A DNA stretch of 63,221 bases, counting the filler, from Phoronis australis (lineage: Eukaryota; Animalia; Phoronida), in NCBI GenBank assembly GCA_002633005.1. It is 3 parts of 3 records of this genome, joined end to end, with 100 filler letters (N's around TTAATTAATTAA, not from the genome) between each part and the next. Parts side by side here need not be neighbours in the genome. Positions count along the whole stretch, not along the records: positions 54,740 to 63,221 come from NMRA01001893.1; 2 more parts are not named here. One strand, given 5' to 3'. Below the pieces are notes generated by a model. It was not told the origin of the DNA and did not search any database. It worked only from the letters and a program-made list of their open reading frames with translations. This document shows, in pieces, positions 60,526-63,221 of the stretch. A program made the translations under genes and the position numbers. Positions within the stretch are counted from its first letter, which is position 1, and every line of letters begins with the position of its first letter.

Positions 60526-63221
60526 CATAAAGTCATGCATGTGAACTGACAATTACAGGTATAGATTAAAGTCCACTATACAATGACATACACCACGTAA
60601 ATTACCTGTTCAGTTTCAAGTGAAATGTGTCAAGCTCATCAAATTACATTAGCAAGGTCTAACTCACTAAAAGGTTCCAATTCCCAACTTAACTTGAAAT
60701 ATTGAAAACAAGTGTTTGCATTCTACATAATACTTCTATTTCTTCATTTAGAGCTGGACAAAGACAATATTAACCACTTAGAACAATGGACTCTTTGAAT
60801 GTTAAAAATAGCACCTTAATGTTATAAAGCAAACCTTAACTTGAAAGAACTGCAAGATTTTGTAAAATATATGGCACCAACAACTTTCTGCTTTGACACT
60901 GAGCATCAAGATGAAGAACCAAAACTTACAACAATTGGTAAAACAATTCAAAATTAAAATTGACATTTCCCAAAATATTTCATCTGTGCAAAACGTGAAA
61001 TATGTTTTGCCTAGCGTGTAAAGTACTTTATAAATACAACAAAGTGTTCCTATTCACATTTACAAAACTATGAGTCCATCTTGACTTTGCTTGAAAGATA
61101 TTCATTTTTTAACTTGTCCCACTTCAAAGTCACGGATTTTTTAACTTATACTTATACTTTTTGTACTGCTTGAGCCTTTGCAGTTATGTCTTCTAGGTCC
61201 AGGTGAGAACCGTCTTTCCTCTCAGAGCAAAAAAGTCCATACAATATGTCCACACATTTGGCTTTTGATAGTATGTGTTATGAGACACAGGGGGTGTAAA
61301 GAGCTGCAGCAGCAAAATATTGGCTGTCAGAAAAGCAGAATCGAAGTGTGACTCCAAATCCTTAAATACAGGCTATTCAAGGTCTAATCAGCACTTGGGG
61401 TCCACACTTTTTAGAATATAGACTTGTCACCCTCCATTGACTTTTGCCCACCACAGGAATTAGTAGTGTTGGTGGTGGTGGTTGGCTCTCAAGTACTTTC
61501 ATTCGCCATCTGAGTTTTTTCACTTCATCATTGGTGTTTTCAAAGTCTTCTGTTATACTAAAGAAAAATTGAGAAAAGTCCAGTTAGATGAAATCAAGTA
61601 AATGAATAGGATTTTTTTATTCATTTTTGATTCGAAAATACAGAAATTCTGTCTTAGTTAATCAGTCATAACTTACGAACAATTAACATTTTGATTAAGA
61701 GCATTAATAAGGATGATTGTGCTAAAATCCGCTGCATCTTATGAAATTCCAGAAAAAGGAAAACTTCCAAAAAGCTTTTTTCCCTGACGCAGAAAGCACG
61801 GATAAAAATGCCAATTCAACGTAATTTTCTCATCACAGGATTTCACATACATCGATAACCATGGTTTTTTAATGCAACAGCAGTTTCCACTTGTTCTGGA
61901 TACCAGAAACAGAAAAAAAAATGTATGTGAGGCCACTTATTTAATTCTCTGTTAAAGCTCATAGGGGAAGTACTTACGGTCACTAATAGACTTTCTCAAG
62001 TCAATCTTCACTACATACAGACTATAATCCTCACTGGAGTTGCACAGGGGCCAATATTTTCTCCACTTTCCTTCCTCATTCATGTCAGCCAATCTTGAGA
62101 TCTGTGCTGGCTGATTACACTATACCATTTGTCCCACTGTGCTTTTAGCTCAAACTTCATGACTCTCTATAATTTATGTAGTGTGGCTCATGAAGAACAG
62201 AACCCAGGCAGCTGACCTCTGGGCTCTGGCCATGGCAAACCTCTATAATACACAATGCATCTCTTAGTCTTGTGTCTATTTCAATAATAAGTGACAGTTT
62301 AACCAAAATAAAAAATAGTTCGCTTTGAATTAGTCGGTGATGTTAGAATGATGACAAGATAATAAAAACAAATGATTAAAGCAAGTGAAATATGTTAGGT
62401 TAAAACATGACAACTGACAATGTTTTGGAAGCTACCTGCATGGTTGTTTCTGGTCTGGACCTCAACCCATTTTGAAATCCGTGTCGTTTAACATGGCCAT
62501 TCAGACCCACCCTCCTCAACAAAAATGAACTTCTGATTAAGAACATTCATCGCCATCAAATAAATCTAGAATTTTGCTTTAGACAAAATACAGATGTGAT
62601 CTCATGGCTTGGAAAGTATCGAGAATTTATATACTTGTTTCAGATTTCAGGCTTACAAAATAGACAGTTTTTCTACAGGCATTTAATCATTTTAATCATA
62701 GAGCGACTGGTCACAAGTTACCAGCTTTTTGCAAGACCAAAAATCTCTTCTGTTCTCATCCGAGTTGTAATAACACTGAAGTTGAGACCGATTTCAGGGT
62801 GGAAATTTTAGAAAATACAACATTCTTTCTTCAAGGGGACACAAGTTAATTTATGTGTTAAAGAAAAAAAATGACCTCCACATCAATTTTGGCAAAGACT
62901 TAACATCTATTTTCAAAACCCATTAGAAACACAGGGCAATTTGGTTGTTAAAAAAGACTTTGAAGTCAAGATAATTTACAGTAGGTCTCTGTTTAAGTCA
63001 CATAATAACAGTCATAACTCTTGTACTGAAGTTTAATTTTACATTTGGACAGATGAATCATGCTTATTTCCATAACCTCCACAGAATCATTTTCAAAAAA
63101 ACAACTCCCCTTTCGTTTGTTAGAAATCTAATATAACTAATTAACGTGTTAAAGTCAAACTTACCAGTCCATTTCTTCACTAATCCAGATTCCTTACTGA
63201 ACCAGAAGCGGTTAAAATTTG

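Overview
Intron-rich, repeat-dense animal genomic DNA. It is probably an invertebrate; the repeat and TNF-like features suggest a lophotrochozoan, but that is inference only. The window is not one contiguous piece. Two 100-nt artificial linkers (N44-TTAATTAATTAA-N44) at 29344-29443 and 54640-54739 split it into three blocks, and there are further N gaps. Block 1 (1-29343) holds two exons of an astacin-family metalloprotease, then an ISL2EU-like DNA transposon (THAP and YqaJ remnants), then the last three exons of an ABCC/MRP transporter (one intron uses a GC donor). It also contains a decayed Gypsy, a probable decayed TNF-like type II membrane gene, a Ngaro/DIRS tyrosine-recombinase remnant, a complete-ended hAT, Kolobok and LINE fragments. 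Block 2 (29444-54639) holds ten exons of HGSNAT, including two paralogous 146-nt exons that look mutually exclusive, plus many MITEs and a P-like element. Block 3 (54740-63221) holds a lone minus-strand terminal exon of cytoplasmic poly(A)-binding protein and a palindromic AACCATGGTT satellite. Three copies of a Helentron-associated (HINE/DINE-1-like) element carry ~150-bp sub-repeats, each with a same-orientation CTCF-like motif. The most interesting candidates are the HGSNAT mutually exclusive exon pair, the CTCF-motif arrays in the HINEs, and the phase-compatible astacin/ABCC juxtaposition. All calls come from manual reading and translation, without database searches.
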